DNA of 55,344 bases from Mustelus asterias. Taxonomy: Eukaryota. The translations under genes were made by a program, and so were the position numbers. Where the stretch lies: positions 434,001-489,344 of the forward strand of contig NW_027590307.1 of assembly GCF_964213995.1 (NCBI RefSeq), given 5' to 3'. This document shows positions 33,962-45,903 of this stretch, piece by piece; position 1 is the stretch's first letter, and each line of letters opens with the position of its first letter. Below the pieces are notes generated by a model, which was not told where the DNA came from, made no database searches, and saw only the letters and a program-made list of their open reading frames with translations.

Positions 33962-36900
33962 CTGATGTTAATCCAGCTCCCTCACACTGTCACTCAGTAA
34001 CCCCTCTCCCCCAGCACCCTGTGTTACTGACTGTAAATCCACTGATGTTAATCCAGCTCCCTCACACTGTCACTCAGTAACCCCTCTCCCCCCCGCAGCA
34101 CCCTGTGTTACTGTCTGTATCTCTACTGATGTTAATCCAGTTCCCTCACACTGTCACTCAGTAACCCCTCTCCCCAGCACCCTGTGTTACTGTCTGTATC
34201 TGTACTGATGTTAATCCAGCTCCCTCACACTGTCACTCAGTAACCCTCTCCCCCCCGCAGCACCCTGTGTTACTGTCTGTATCTCTACTGATGTTAATAC
34301 AGTTCCCTCACACTGTCACTCAGTAACCCCTCTCCCCAGCACCCTGTGTTACTGACTGTATCTCTACTGATGTTTATCCAGCTCCCTCACACTGTCACTC
34401 AGTAACCCCTCTCCCTCAGCACCCTGTGTTACTGACTGTATCTCTACTGATGTTTATCCAGCTCCCTCACACTGTCACTCAGTAACCCCTCTCCCTCAGC
34501 ACCCTGTGTTACTGACTGTATCTCTACTGATGTTAATCCAGCTCCCTCACACTGTCACTCAGTAACCCCTCTCCCCCAGCACCCTGTGTTACTGACTGTA
34601 TCTCTACTGATGTTTATCCAGATCCCTCACCCTGTCACTCAGTAACCCCTCTCCCCCAGCACCCTGTGTTACTGACTGTATCTCTACTGATGTTTATCCA
34701 GATCCCTCACCCTGTCACTCAGTAACCCCTCTCCCCCAGCACCCTGTGTAACTGACTGTATCTCTACTGATGTTAATCCAGCTCCCTCACACTGTCACTC
34801 AATAACCCCTCTCCCCCAGCACCCTGTGTTACTGACTGTACCTCTACTGATGTTAATCCAGCTCCCTCACACTGTCATTCAGTAACCCCTCTCCCCCAAC
34901 ACCCTGTGTTACTGACTGTATCTCTACTGATGTTAATCCAGCTCCCTCACACTGTCACTCAGTAACCCCTCTCCCCCAACACCCTGTGTTACTGTCTGTA
35001 TCTCTACTGATGTTCATCCAGCTCCCTCACACTGTCACTCAGTAACCCCTCTCCCCCAGCACCCTGTGTTACGGACTGTATCTCTACTGATGTTCATCCA
35101 GCTCCCTCACACTGTCACTCAGTAACCCCTCTCCCCCAGCACCCTGTGTTACTGACTGTATCTCAACTGATGTTAATCCAGCTCCCTCACACTGTCACTC
35201 AGTAACCCCTCTCCCCCAACACCCTGTGTTACTGACTGTATCTCTACTGATGTTAATCCAGCTCCCTCACACTGTCACTCAGTAACCCCCCTCCCCCAGC
35301 ACCCTGTGTTACTGACTGTATCTCTACTGATGTTTATCCAGCTCCCTCACACTGTCACTCAGTAACCCCTCTCCCTCAGCACCCTGTGTTACTGACTGTA
35401 TCTCTACTGATGTTAATCCAGCTCCCTCACACTGTCACTCAGTAACCCCTCTCCCCCAGCACCCTGTGTTACTGACTGTATCTCTACTGATGTTTATCCA
35501 GATCCCTCACCCTGTCACTCAGTAACCCCTCTCCCCCAGCACCCTGTGTTACTGACTGTATCTCTACTGATGTTTATCCAGATCCCTCACCCTGTCACTC
35601 AGTAACCCCTCTCCCCCAGCACCCTGTGTAACTGACTGTATCTCTACTGATGTTAATCCAGCTCCCTCACACTGTCACTCAATAACCCCTCTCCCCCAGC
35701 ACCCTGTGTTACTGACTGTACCTCTACTGATGTTAATCCAGCTCCCTCACACTGTCATTCAGTAACCCCTCTCCCCCAACACCCTGTGTTACTGACTGTA
35801 TCTCTACTGATGTTAATCCAGCTCCCTCACACTGTCACTCAGTAACCCCTCTCCCCCAACACCCTGTGTTACTGTCTGTATCTCTACTGATGTTCATCCA
35901 GCTCCCTCACACTGTCACTCAGTAACCCCTCTCCCCCAGCACCCTGTGTTACGGACTGTATCTCTACTGATGTTCATCCAGCTCCCTCACACTGTCACTC
36001 AGTAACCCCTCTCCCCCAGCACCCTGTGTTACTGACTGTATCTCAACTGATGTTAATCCAGCTCCCTCACACTGTCACTCAGTAACCCCTCTCCCCCAAC
36101 ACCCTGTGTTACTGACTGTATCTCTACTGATGTTAATCCAGCTCCCTCACACTGTCACTCAGTAACCCCCCTCCCCCAGCACCCTGTGTTACTGACTGTA
36201 TCTCTACTGATGTTAATCCAGCTCCCTCACACTGTCACTCAGTAACCCCTCTCCCCCAGCACCCTGTGTTACTGACTGTATCTCTACTGATGTTGATCCA
36301 GCTCCCTCACACTGTCACTCAGTAACCCCTCTCCCCCAGCACCCTGTGTTACTGACTGTATCTCTCCTGATGTTAATCCTGCTCCCTCACACCGTCACTC
36401 GTAACCCCTCTCCCCCAGCACCGTGTGTTACTGACTATATCTACTGATGTTAATCCAGCTCCCTTACAATGTCTCTCAGTAACCCCTCTCCCCCAGCACC
36501 CTGTGTTACTGACTATATCTACAGATGTTAATCCAGATCCCTCACACTGTCACTCAGTAACCCCTCTCCCCCAGCACCCTGTGTTACTGACTGTATATCT
36601 ACTGATGTCAACCCAGCTCCCACACACTGTCACTCAGTAACCCCTCTCTCCCAGCACCCTGTGTTACTGTCTGTATCTGTACTGATGTTAATCCAGTTCC
36701 CTCACACTGTCACTCAGTAACCCCTCTCCCCCAGCACCCTGTGTTACTGACTGTATCTCTACTGATGTTAATCCAGCTCCCTCACACTGTCACTCAGTAA
36801 CCCCTATCCCCAGCACCCTGTGTTACTGTCTGTATCTCTACTGATGTTAATCCAGCTCCCTCACACTGTCACTCAGTAACCCCTCTCCCCCAGCACCTTG

Positions 36901-37033
36901 TTACTGACTGTATCTCTACTGATGTTAATCCAGCTCCCTCACACTGTCACTCAGTAACCCCTCTCCCCCAGCACCCTGTGTTACTGACTGTATCTCTACT
37001 GATGTTAATCCAGCTCCCTCACACTGTCACTCA
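33962..37033 (+). repeat. 80-bp minisatellite, about 38 units, filling most of FCER1G intron 2
   Basis: Unit CTGATGTTAATCCAGCTCCCTCACACTGTCACTCAGTAACCCCTCTCCCCCAGCACCCTGTGTTACTGACTGTATCTCTA. Confidence 0.97.
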
Positions 37034-37055
37034 TCCATGCCCTGCTTAAACTTAC

Positions 37056-37147
37056 CTTCAGACGGCAATAGAGGGCAGTTAACACAATCCCGTAGACGAA
37101 GAGGACAGCATCCAACACGTAACAGATCTCGGGCGGCTGCAGTGCCT
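37056..37147 (-). CDS. FCER1G: FcR gamma exon 2 (short ectodomain + TM: [31 protein letters not shown])
   Basis: Acceptor ctccttttacacag|AG, donor AAG|gtaagt, 92 nt. The peptide closely matches mammalian [30 protein letters not shown], including the dimer Cys and TM Asp. Confidence 0.97.
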
Positions 37148-37254
37148 CTGTGTAAAAGGAGAGGGGAGATATTAGGACACGTTCCACTGTCAGACCAGCC
37201 ATAGGGACAGAGCTCACAACACTGACTCCCCCCCCACCCCCACCCCACCCCCCC

Positions 37255-37555
37255 ACCCCAGGACAGAGCACCCAGCACTGACCCCACTCCCGGGACAGAG
37301 CACCCAGCACTGACCCCACTCCCGGGACGTTTACCCAGCACTGACCCCACTCCCGGGACGGTTACCCAGCACTGACGCCCCCTCCCAGGACACAACAGCC
37401 AGCATGACCCCCCACCCCCTCCCGGGAGAGAGCATCCGGCACTGACCCCCCCTACCGGGACGGAGCCTCAGCACTGACCCCCTCCCCGCCCCCCCCCAAC
37501 CCTCGCCACCCCCACCCACCCAACTGCCCACCCCTCCAGGGACTGAGCACCCAGT
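37255..37555 (+). repeat. ~32-bp degenerate C-rich tandem repeat
   Basis: CCGGGACAGAGCACCCAGCACTGACCCCACTC repeated with decay. Confidence 0.8.
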
Positions 37556-38825
37556 GCATCGCGAAGATAAAAGTGAATTACTGCAGGTGCCATAATCTGA
37601 AGCAGAAAATTCTGGAACTGAGAATTACGGAGACATGGTTAAAGGAGGGACAGGGACTGGCAGCTTAACATCCCGGGATATCGTAGTTTTAGACGGGACG
37701 GAAGGGGAAACAAAAGGGGTGGGAGAGTTACATTGCTGATTCGGGAGCACATCACTGCTGTGTGAGGGAGGACACATCGGAGGGATCTCACAGTGAGGCA
37801 TTATGGGTGGAGCTCAGGAATAGGAAGGGTGAATCACAATGTTGGGAGTGTACTATAGACCTCCCAGCATCCCGCAGGAGACAGAGGAGCAGATGTGGAA
37901 TCAGCTACTGGAAAGGTGTGAAATAAGCAGGGTATTTGTGATGGCTGACTTTAACTTCCCCCATATTGACTGCGACCCCCTTACAGCCAGGGGCTCAGAT
38001 GGAGAGCAATTTGTTAGATGTGTCCAGGAGGGCTTTTTGATGCAGTACGTTGCCAATCCAACCAGGGAGGGGGTCAAACCAGACTTGGTATTGGGGAATG
38101 AGCCGGGCCAGGAGATCGATGTTTCAGTGGGGGAGCATTCTGGGCTTAGCAACCGTAATTCCATAAGATTTCGGGTAGCCATGGACAAGGACAAGAGTCC
38201 CCCCTCAGTGAGGGAGCTTAACTGGGCAACGGCCAAATACATCCAAATTAAACAGAAACGGGAATGTGGATTGGGAGCGGCTATTTGAGGGCAAATCCAT
38301 GTCTGGCATGGAGGAGGCTTTTAAAGGCCAGTTGATTGAAGTGCAGGACAGCTATGTCCCTGCAAAAAATGAAGGATAGAAATGGCAGGATTCAGGAACC
38401 ATGGATGATGAGGGAAATTGTAAGCTTAGACCAAAGGAAAAAGGAAGCACACGATTAGTCTACGCGACTAAAAACTGACAAAGCCCTTGTGGAGTTTAGA
38501 GAAAGTCGGAAGGAACTTAAACATGGAATTAGGAGGGCTAAAAGGGGCCACGAAATATCTTTAGCACACAGGGTCAAGGAGAATCCCAAGGCTTTTTATG
38601 CATATGTTAGGAGTAAGAGGGTAGCAAGAGAAAGAGTAGGCCCACTCAAGGACAATGGAGGGAAGTTGTGTGTAGATCCTTAATGAATACTTTGTATCAG
38701 TATTCACCAAGGAGAAGGACATGACTGATGTTGAGGTCAGGGATAGGTGTGTGAGCGCTCTAGAGAATGTCAATAAATCGAAGGAGGAAGTGGTGAGTAT
38801 CCTAAATTGCATTAAGGTAGACAAG

Positions 38826-39016
38826 TCCAAAGATGTGCGGGTTAGGTTGATTGGCCATGCTAAAATTGCCCCTTAGTGTCCTGAGATGCGTAGGGTAGAC
38901 GGATTAGCAGGTAAATGTGTAGGGATATGGGAGTGGGGCCTGGGTGGGATTGTGGTCGGTGCAGACTCGATGGGCCGAATGGCCTGTTTCTGCACTGTAG
39001 GGTTTCTATGTTTCTA
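38826..39016 (+). mobile_element. 5'-truncated HE1-type SINE inside CR1
   Basis: Tail half of the SINE; AAGTCC on both sides. Confidence 0.8.
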
Positions 39017-39476
39017 AGTCCCCGGGGCTGGGTGGATCTATCCCAGGTTACTGTGGGAGGCAAGGGGAGAAATAGCTGGGGCCTTAACAAATATCTTCAT
39101 ATCCTCTTTGACCACAGGCAAGGTTTCAAAGGACTGGAAAATAACCAATGTTTCTCACTTGTTTATGAAAGGAAGCAGGGATAATCCAGGAAATTCTGGG
39201 CCAGGGGGCCTAATGTCAGTGGTGGGGAAGCTTTTGGAGAAGATACTGAGGGACAGGATAGATGCACATTTGGAAGAAAATGGACTAGTTAGTGATAGGT
39301 AGCATGGTTTTGTACAGGGAAGGTCATGTCTCACCAAATTGATTGAGGTTTTTGAAAAGATGACGAAGATAATTGATGAGGGGAGGGCTGTGATGTAGTT
39401 TATATGGAGATGGATACAAATACTAAGGGATTCGGAGTGGGCTGGCCAGGTGGATACAGAACTGGCTTGGTTATAG

Positions 39477-40434
39477 GCACGGGGCACGGCGGACAGAGTA
39501 CTCTTCGTCATCCAGTACTTCCCCAGAGCAGAGAAGCTACAACATCTTCTCCAGAGCCTTCAACATGTCATTGATGAAGATGAACATCTCGCCAAGGCCA
39601 TCCCCACACCCCCACTTCTTGCCTTCAAACAACTGCACAACCTCAAACAGACCATTGTCCGCAGCAAACTACCCAGCCTTCAGGAGAACAGTGACCACGA
39701 CACCACACAACCCTGCCACAGCAACCTCTGCAAGATGTGCCGGATCATCGACACGGATGCCATCATCTCACGTGAGAACACCATCCACCAGGTACACGGT
39801 ACCTACTCTTGCAACTCAGCCAAACATTGTCTACCTGATACGCCGCAGGAAAGGATGTCCCGAGGCATGGTACATTGGGGAGACCATGCAGACGCTGCGA
39901 CAACGGATGAATGAACACTGCTCGACAATCACCAGGCAAGACTGTTCTCTTCCTGTGGGGGAGCACTTCAGCAGTCACGGGCATTCAGCCTCTGATCTTT
40001 GGGTAAGCGTTCTCCAAGGCGGCCTTCACAACACACGACAAAGCAGAGTCACTGAGCAGAGACTGATAGCCAAGTTCCGCACACATGAGGACGGCCTCAA
40101 CCGGGATCTTGGGTTCATGTCACACTATCTGTCACCCCCATGACTTGCCTGGGCTTGCAAAATCTCACTAACTGTCATGGCTGGAGACAATACACATCTC
40201 TTTAACCTGTGCTTAACCCTCTCTCCACCCACATTGTCTGTACCTTTAAGACTTGATTACCTGTAAAGACTCGCATTCCAACCATTATTTTGTAAATTGA
40301 GTTTGTGTCTTTATATGCCCTGTTTGTGAACAGAATTCCCACTTACCTGACGAAGGAGCAGTGCTCCGAAAGCTAGTGGCTTTTGCTACCAAATAAACCT
40401 GTTGGACTTTAACCTGGTGTTGTGAGACTTCTTA
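39477..40434 (+). mobile_element. Penelope-like element inside CR1, TSD CTTGGT(T/C)ATAG
   Basis: GIY-YIG frame; TSD at 39466-39476 and 40435-40445. Confidence 0.9.
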
Positions 40435-40510
40435 CTTGGTCATAGAAGACAGAGAGTAGTGTTTTTCAGAATGGAGATCTGTAGCTAGTGGGATCAGTGC
40501 TGGGACCTCT

Positions 40511-40711
40511 AACCAAAAGAGAAAATGCTGGAAAATCTCAGCAGGTCTGACAGCATCTGTAAGGAGAGAAAAAAGTTGATGTTTCTGGGTCATCTGGACT
40601 TGAAACATCAGTTCTTTTCTCTCCTTACAGATGCTGCCAGACCTCCTGAGATTTTCCAGCATTTTCTCTTTTGGTTTCAGATTCCAGCATCCGCAGTAAT
40701 TTGCTTTTATC
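40511..40711. mobile_element. ~200-bp palindromic non-autonomous element with 11-bp TSD CTGGGACCTCT
   Basis: ~73-bp inverted arms (CCAAAAGAGAAAATGCTGGAAAATCTCAG.../...CTGAGATTTTCCAGCATTTTCTCTTTTGG); a degenerate relative lies at ~41688-41860. Confidence 0.85.
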
Positions 40712-41859
40712 CTGGGACCTCTGTTGTTTGTATTATATATAAATGATCTGGAGGAAAATGTGGATGGTCTGATTAGTAAATTAGTAAACTAATGGATGAC
40801 ATGAAGATTGGTGGATTTGCTGATAGTGCCAAGGATTGTCAGAGGATATAACAGGAGGGAGATAGATTTAAGACTTGAGCTCAGAAATGGCCGATGAAGT
40901 TAAATCCAGACAAATGCGAAGTGATGCATTTTGGAGGATCAAATGTAGGTATGAATTATACAGTGAATGGCAGAACCCTTAGAAACATTAACATAGAGAG
41001 GGATCTGGGCATGCAGGTCCACACTTCCCTAAAAGTGGCAACAGAGGTGGCCTAGGTGATTAAGCATACGGCATTCTTGCCTTCATTGGCTTGGGCATTG
41101 AGTACAAGAGTTGGGAAATCATGTTGCAGGTGTATAAAACTTTGATGAGGCCACATTTGGAGTACTGCGTGCAGTTCTGGCCACTACACCACCAGATAGA
41201 CATGGAAGCTTTGGAGAGACTGCAAAAAAGGTTCACCAGGATGTTGCCTGGTCTCGAGGGTTCTGGCTATGAGGAGAGGTTGAATAAACTAGGATTGTTT
41301 TCACTGGAAAGACAGAGGCTGAGGGGAGACCTGATAAGAGGTCTACAAAATTATGAGAGACATAGGCAAGGTCGATAGTCAGAGGCTTTTTCCCAGGGTG
41401 GAAGTGTCAATTAAAAGGTGGCTCAGGTTCAAGGTGAAACGGGGAAAGTTTAAGGGAGATGTGCAGGGGAGGTTTTTCACACAGAGAGGGGTGTGTGCCT
41501 GGAACGCGCTGCCAGAGGAGGTGGTGGAAGCAGGCACATTAGCAATGTTTAGGAGGCATTTAGATGGGTGCATGAATAGGGAGGGAATAGAGGGATACGG
41601 ACCAACTAAGGACAGAGGGGTTATTTTTAGTTTAGTTAGAGCATCATGGTCATGACCTGTTCCTGTGCTGTACTTTTCTTTGTTCTATCTCATCAGATCT
41701 GATAGCCTCTGTGGAGAAAGACTAGAGCTAACATTTCAAATCTGGACAACTCCAGTTAGCAGCTCTGATGAAGGGTCATCGGGACTTTTATCATTGGCCC
41801 AATCTCTCTCCACGGATGCTGATAGACCTGCTGAGATTTTCCAGAAATTTGATTTTATT

Positions 41860-42405
41860 ATCGTCACATGTATTAACCTACAGTGAAAAGTATTGTTTCT
41901 TGCGCGCTATACAGACAGAGCATACCGTTCATAGAGAAGGAAAGGAGAGAGTGCAGAATGTAGTGTTACAGTCAAAGCTAGGGTGTAGAGAAAGATCAAC
42001 TTAATGCAAGGTAAGTCCATTGTAAAGTCTGACAGCAGCAGGGAAGATGCTGTTCTTGAGTCGGTTGGTACGTGACCTCAGACTTTTGTATCTTTTTCCG
42101 GATGGAAGAAGGTGGAAGAGAGAATGTCCGGGGTGCGTGGGGTCCTTAATTATGCTGGCTGCTTTGCTGAGGCAGCAGGAAGTGTAGACAGAGTCAATGG
42201 ATGGGAGGCTGGTTTGTGTGATGGATTGGGCTACATTCACAACCTATTGTAGTTCCTTGCGGTCTTGGGCAGAGCAGGAGCCATACCAAGCTGTGATACA
42301 ACCAGAAAGAATGCTTTCTATGGTGCATCTGTAAAGGTTGCTGAGAGTCATAGCTGACATGCCAAATTTCCTTAGTCTTCTGAGAAAGTAGAGGCGTTGG
42401 TGGAC
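41860..42405 (-). mobile_element. Rex1/Babar-like LINE 3' fragment
   Basis: IIKDPTHPGHSLFHLLPSGKRYKSLRSRTNRLKNSIFPAAVRL, characteristic of Rex1/Babar C-termini. Confidence 0.8.
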
Positions 42406-42820
42406 TTTCCCATTTTTGTCTCTTGCTATTACATTATGTCTCGTGCTTTATTCCGTTCGCTCTCTATATGTCTATCTTTTTCTCTATGTGTGTCTCTCTC
42501 TCTCACTCCCCGTCTCTCAGACTCTCCCTGTCCCCTACACACTCACTTTCTATCTCTCTCTCAACCTTTCTGCCTCCCTCCCCGTCTCTGCCTTCATCTG
42601 TCTGTTCTTCACTCTTTGTCCCTATCTCTTCTCTCGGTTTCTCTTTCACATTGTATCTCTCGCTCTCCCTGATTCTTTCTCTCCTGCTCTCTTTTTTTCA
42701 CTGTCTCTCTCTCTCTCTGTCATGCTCCCTCTCTCTCTTTCTGCCTGTCCCCCTCGCTGTCGTGTTCTGTCCCCCACTCTCACTGTGCCTGTTTCTCTCT
42801 CTGTGTCTCTGTCTCTCTCT

Positions 42821-43098
42821 AGGGTGGTACGGTGGCTCAGTGATTTAGCACTGCTGCCTCATAGCACTAGGGACCTGGGTTTGATTCCCGGCTCGGGTCA
42901 CTGTCTGTGTGGAGTTTGTACATTCTCCCCGTGTCTGCGTGGGTTTCCTCCGCGTGCTCCGGTTTCCTCCCACAGTCTGAAAGATGTGCTGGTTAGGTGC
43001 ATTGACCCGAACAGGTGCTGGAGTGTGGCGACTAGGGGAATTTCACAGTAACTTCATTGCAGTGTTAATGTAAACCTTATTTGTGACAAATAAATAAA
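42821..43098 (+). mobile_element. V-SINE with alternative (non-CR1) tail, within a (CT)n-rich tract
   Basis: Same head and V-domain as the HE1-type copies but tail ACTTCATTGCAGTGTTAATGTAA..TGTGAC..AATAAA; related tails at ~8016-8150 and 48600-48898. Confidence 0.8.
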
Positions 43099-43827
43099 CC
43101 ACTTTTTCTCTCTGTGTCGCTCTCTCTCTGTCTGTCTGTCTTTCTCTCTGGTGTTGGTGATTTCATTTTCGGATACTGACACTTCTTGGACTGAAGGAGG
43201 AAATTTAACAAGGTTACACAAGCACATTGTGAAAAGCCACATGAAACGGCGAGTGAGTGTGGCTGGTCTATTATAGGCTCTGTCTCCTTTGCAAAATTAA
43301 CTTTAACACCAAGGCGCGACTTGCCAATCCAATCGCTCTGACCTCGAGAGGACTGCTGTGGACCCACCTCTCATCCCTGAGGAGGCAGGAGTTCCTCAGG
43401 GTCACATCGGAGGGTGCAGCCATCTTCAGCGACCTCATCAATATCTTCCCTCCATCATAACGTGAGGAGGAAGTTCCAGTAATTCTGGACCAGGTCCAGC
43501 TTCAAATGGGGAAATGAGAACTGGTCAGAACTGGTTTCCCAGTAGAAACTGCCCGTTAATACTGCTAATGATAGCAGCCACACGGGCAGGCGAGGAGGAA
43601 TGCCAGTAATACTGGTGATGTGTCCAGTACTGGTCAAAACTAGTCATTTTCCAGTTTATCTGCAGTTCCTTATAATCTTTTATATTTAACTTTTTTATAT
43701 TTATTTCTTATGCATTTATCTTTCACACTTATTGCTGTTGCAGACTCAACCATCAACTGATGTCAATAATTCACTCTTCCAATGTGTATTTTTGTGCAAG
43801 TTCATTGATGATTGCATAATGTTAGCA

Positions 43828-44117
43828 CCATAGAATCATAGAAACCCTACAGTGCAGAAGGAGGCCACTCGGCCCATCGAGTCTGCACCGACCACAATCC
43901 CACCCAGGCCCTACTCCCACATATTTTACCCGCTAATCCCTCTAACCGACGCATCCCAGGACTCTAAGGGACAATTTCTTTTTTTTAACCTGGCCAATCA
44001 ACCTAAACCCGCACATCTTTGGACTGTGGGAGGAAACTGGAGCACCCGGAGGAAACCCACGCAGACACGAGGAGAATGTGCAAACTCCACACAGACAGTG
44101 ACCCGAGCCGGGAATCA
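43828..44117 (-). mobile_element. HE1-type V-SINE, head truncated
   Basis: Tail CATAGAATCATAGAAACCCTACAGTGCAG and V-domain. Confidence 0.85.
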
Positions 44118-44910
44118 TTCGCGACTCCTCAGATTCTGAAGCAGTCCATGTAGAACTGGACAATATCCAGGCCTGGGCTGACAAATGGCAAATAGCACTC
44201 ACGCCACACAAGTGCCAGGAGATGAGCATCCTTGACATTCAATGGTATTACCACCACTGAATTCCCCATCCTGGGGGTTACCACTGACCAGAAAATGAAT
44301 TGGATTAGCCATACAAATACTGTAGTTACCAGAGCAGGTCAGAGGCTGGGAATCCAGCAGCGAGTAACTCACCTCCTGACTCCCCAAAGCCTATCCACCA
44401 TCTACAAGGCACAAGTCAAGGGTGTGCTGGAATACTCCCCACTTGCCTGGGTGGGTGCAGCTCCAACAACACTCAAGAAGCTCAACACCATCCAGGACAA
44501 AGCAGCCCCCTTGATTGCAACCCCTTCCACTAACATTCACTCCCTCCACCACTGACGCTCAGTGGCAGCCGTGTGTACCATCTACAAGATGCACTGCAGC
44601 CACTCACCAAGGTTCCTGAGGCAGCACCTTCCAAACCTACAACCACTACCATCTAGAAGGACAAGAGCAGCAGATACCTGGGAACACCACCACCTGGAGG
44701 TTCCCCTCCAAGTCACACCATCCTGACTGGGAAATGTATCACTGTTCCTTCACTGCCGCGGGGTCAAAATGCTGGAACTCCCTCCCTAACAGCACTGTGG
44801 GTGTACCTACACCACAGGGACTGCAGCAGTTCGAGGCGGCACCTCACCACCACCTTCAAGGGCAATTAGGGATGGGCAATAAATGCTGGTCTGGCCAGTG
44901 ACACCCACAT
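44118..44910 (+). mobile_element. Second-family LINE 3' fragment
   Basis: ILGVTTDQKMNWISH..IYKAQVKGVLEYSPLAW. Confidence 0.8.
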
Positions 44911-44956
44911 ACAGAGAGTCAGTACTGAGGGAATGCTGCACTGTCAGAGGGTCAGG

Positions 44957-45903
44957 ACTCTGTATCTAACCCCTTGCTGTTCCTGTCCTGGGAGTGTTTG
45001 ATGGGGACAGTGTAGAGGGAGCTTTATTCTGTATCTAACCCCGTGCTGTACCTGTCCTGGGAGTGTTTGATGGGGACAGTGTAGAGGGAGCTTTACTCTG
45101 TATCTAACCCCTTGCTGTACCTGTCCTGGAGTGTTTGATGGGGACAGCGTAGAGGGAGCTTTACTCTGTATCTAACCCCGTGCTGTACCTGTCCTGGGAG
45201 TGTTTGATGGGGGACAGTGTGGAGAGAGCTTTACTCTGTATCTAACCCCGTGCTGTCCCTGTACTGGGAGTGTTTGATGGGGACAGTGTAGAGGGAGCTT
45301 TACTCTGTATCTAACCCCGTGCTGTACCTGTCCTGGGAGTGTTTGATGGGGACAGTGTCGAGGAAGATTTACTCTGTATCTAACCCCGTGCTGTACCTGT
45401 CCTGGGAGTGTTTGATGGGGACAGTGTCGAGGGAGATTTACTCTGTATCTAACCCCGTGCTGTACCTGTCCTGGGAGTGTTTGATGGGGACAGTGTAGAG
45501 GGAGATTTACTCTGTATCTAACCCCGTGCTGTACCTGTCCTGGGAGTGTTTGATGGGGCCAGTGTAGAGGGAGCTTTACTCTGTATCTAACCCCGTGCTG
45601 TACCTGTCCTGGGAGTGTTTGATGGGGACAGTGTAGAGGGAGATTTACTCTGTATCTAACCCCGTGCTGTACCTGTCCTGGGAGTGTTTGATGGGGACAG
45701 TGTAGAGGGAGATTTACTCTGTACCTAACCCCGTGCTGTACCTGTCCTGGGAGTGTTTGATGGGGACAGTGTAGAGGGAGATTTACTCTGTATCTAACCC
45801 CGTGCTGTACCTGTCCTGGGAGTGTTTGATGTGGACAGTGTAGAGGGAGATTTACTCTGTATCTAACCCCGTGCTGTACCTGTCCTGGGAGTGTTTGATG
45901 GGG
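44957..45903 (+). repeat. 69-bp minisatellite, about 14 units, preceded by ~1.3 units of the 33-bp repeat (44913-44955)
   Basis: Visible tandem repeat. Confidence 0.95.

Larger units (their letters stand above)
37608..41690 (+). mobile_element. Long degenerate CR1 LINE (endonuclease through 3' tail) hosting three nested insertions
   Basis: GVYYRPP..DFNFPHID, KENPKAFYAYV, LEKILRDRI..HGF and RPHLEYCVQFW in colinear order with stops and frameshifts. Confidence 0.92.

Noticed and set aside
25693-37147. Identification as CD247 (CD3 zeta) or TYROBP
   Set aside because: There is only one ITAM, and the exon sizes and [23 protein letters not shown] fit FcR gamma. No extra ITAM exons were seen, although the N gap at 26490-26636 cannot be inspected.
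37005-37319. 104-aa ORF as a single-exon membrane protein
   Set aside because: Only 37056-37147, bounded by AG/GT sites, is FCER1G exon 2; the rest is intronic repeat.
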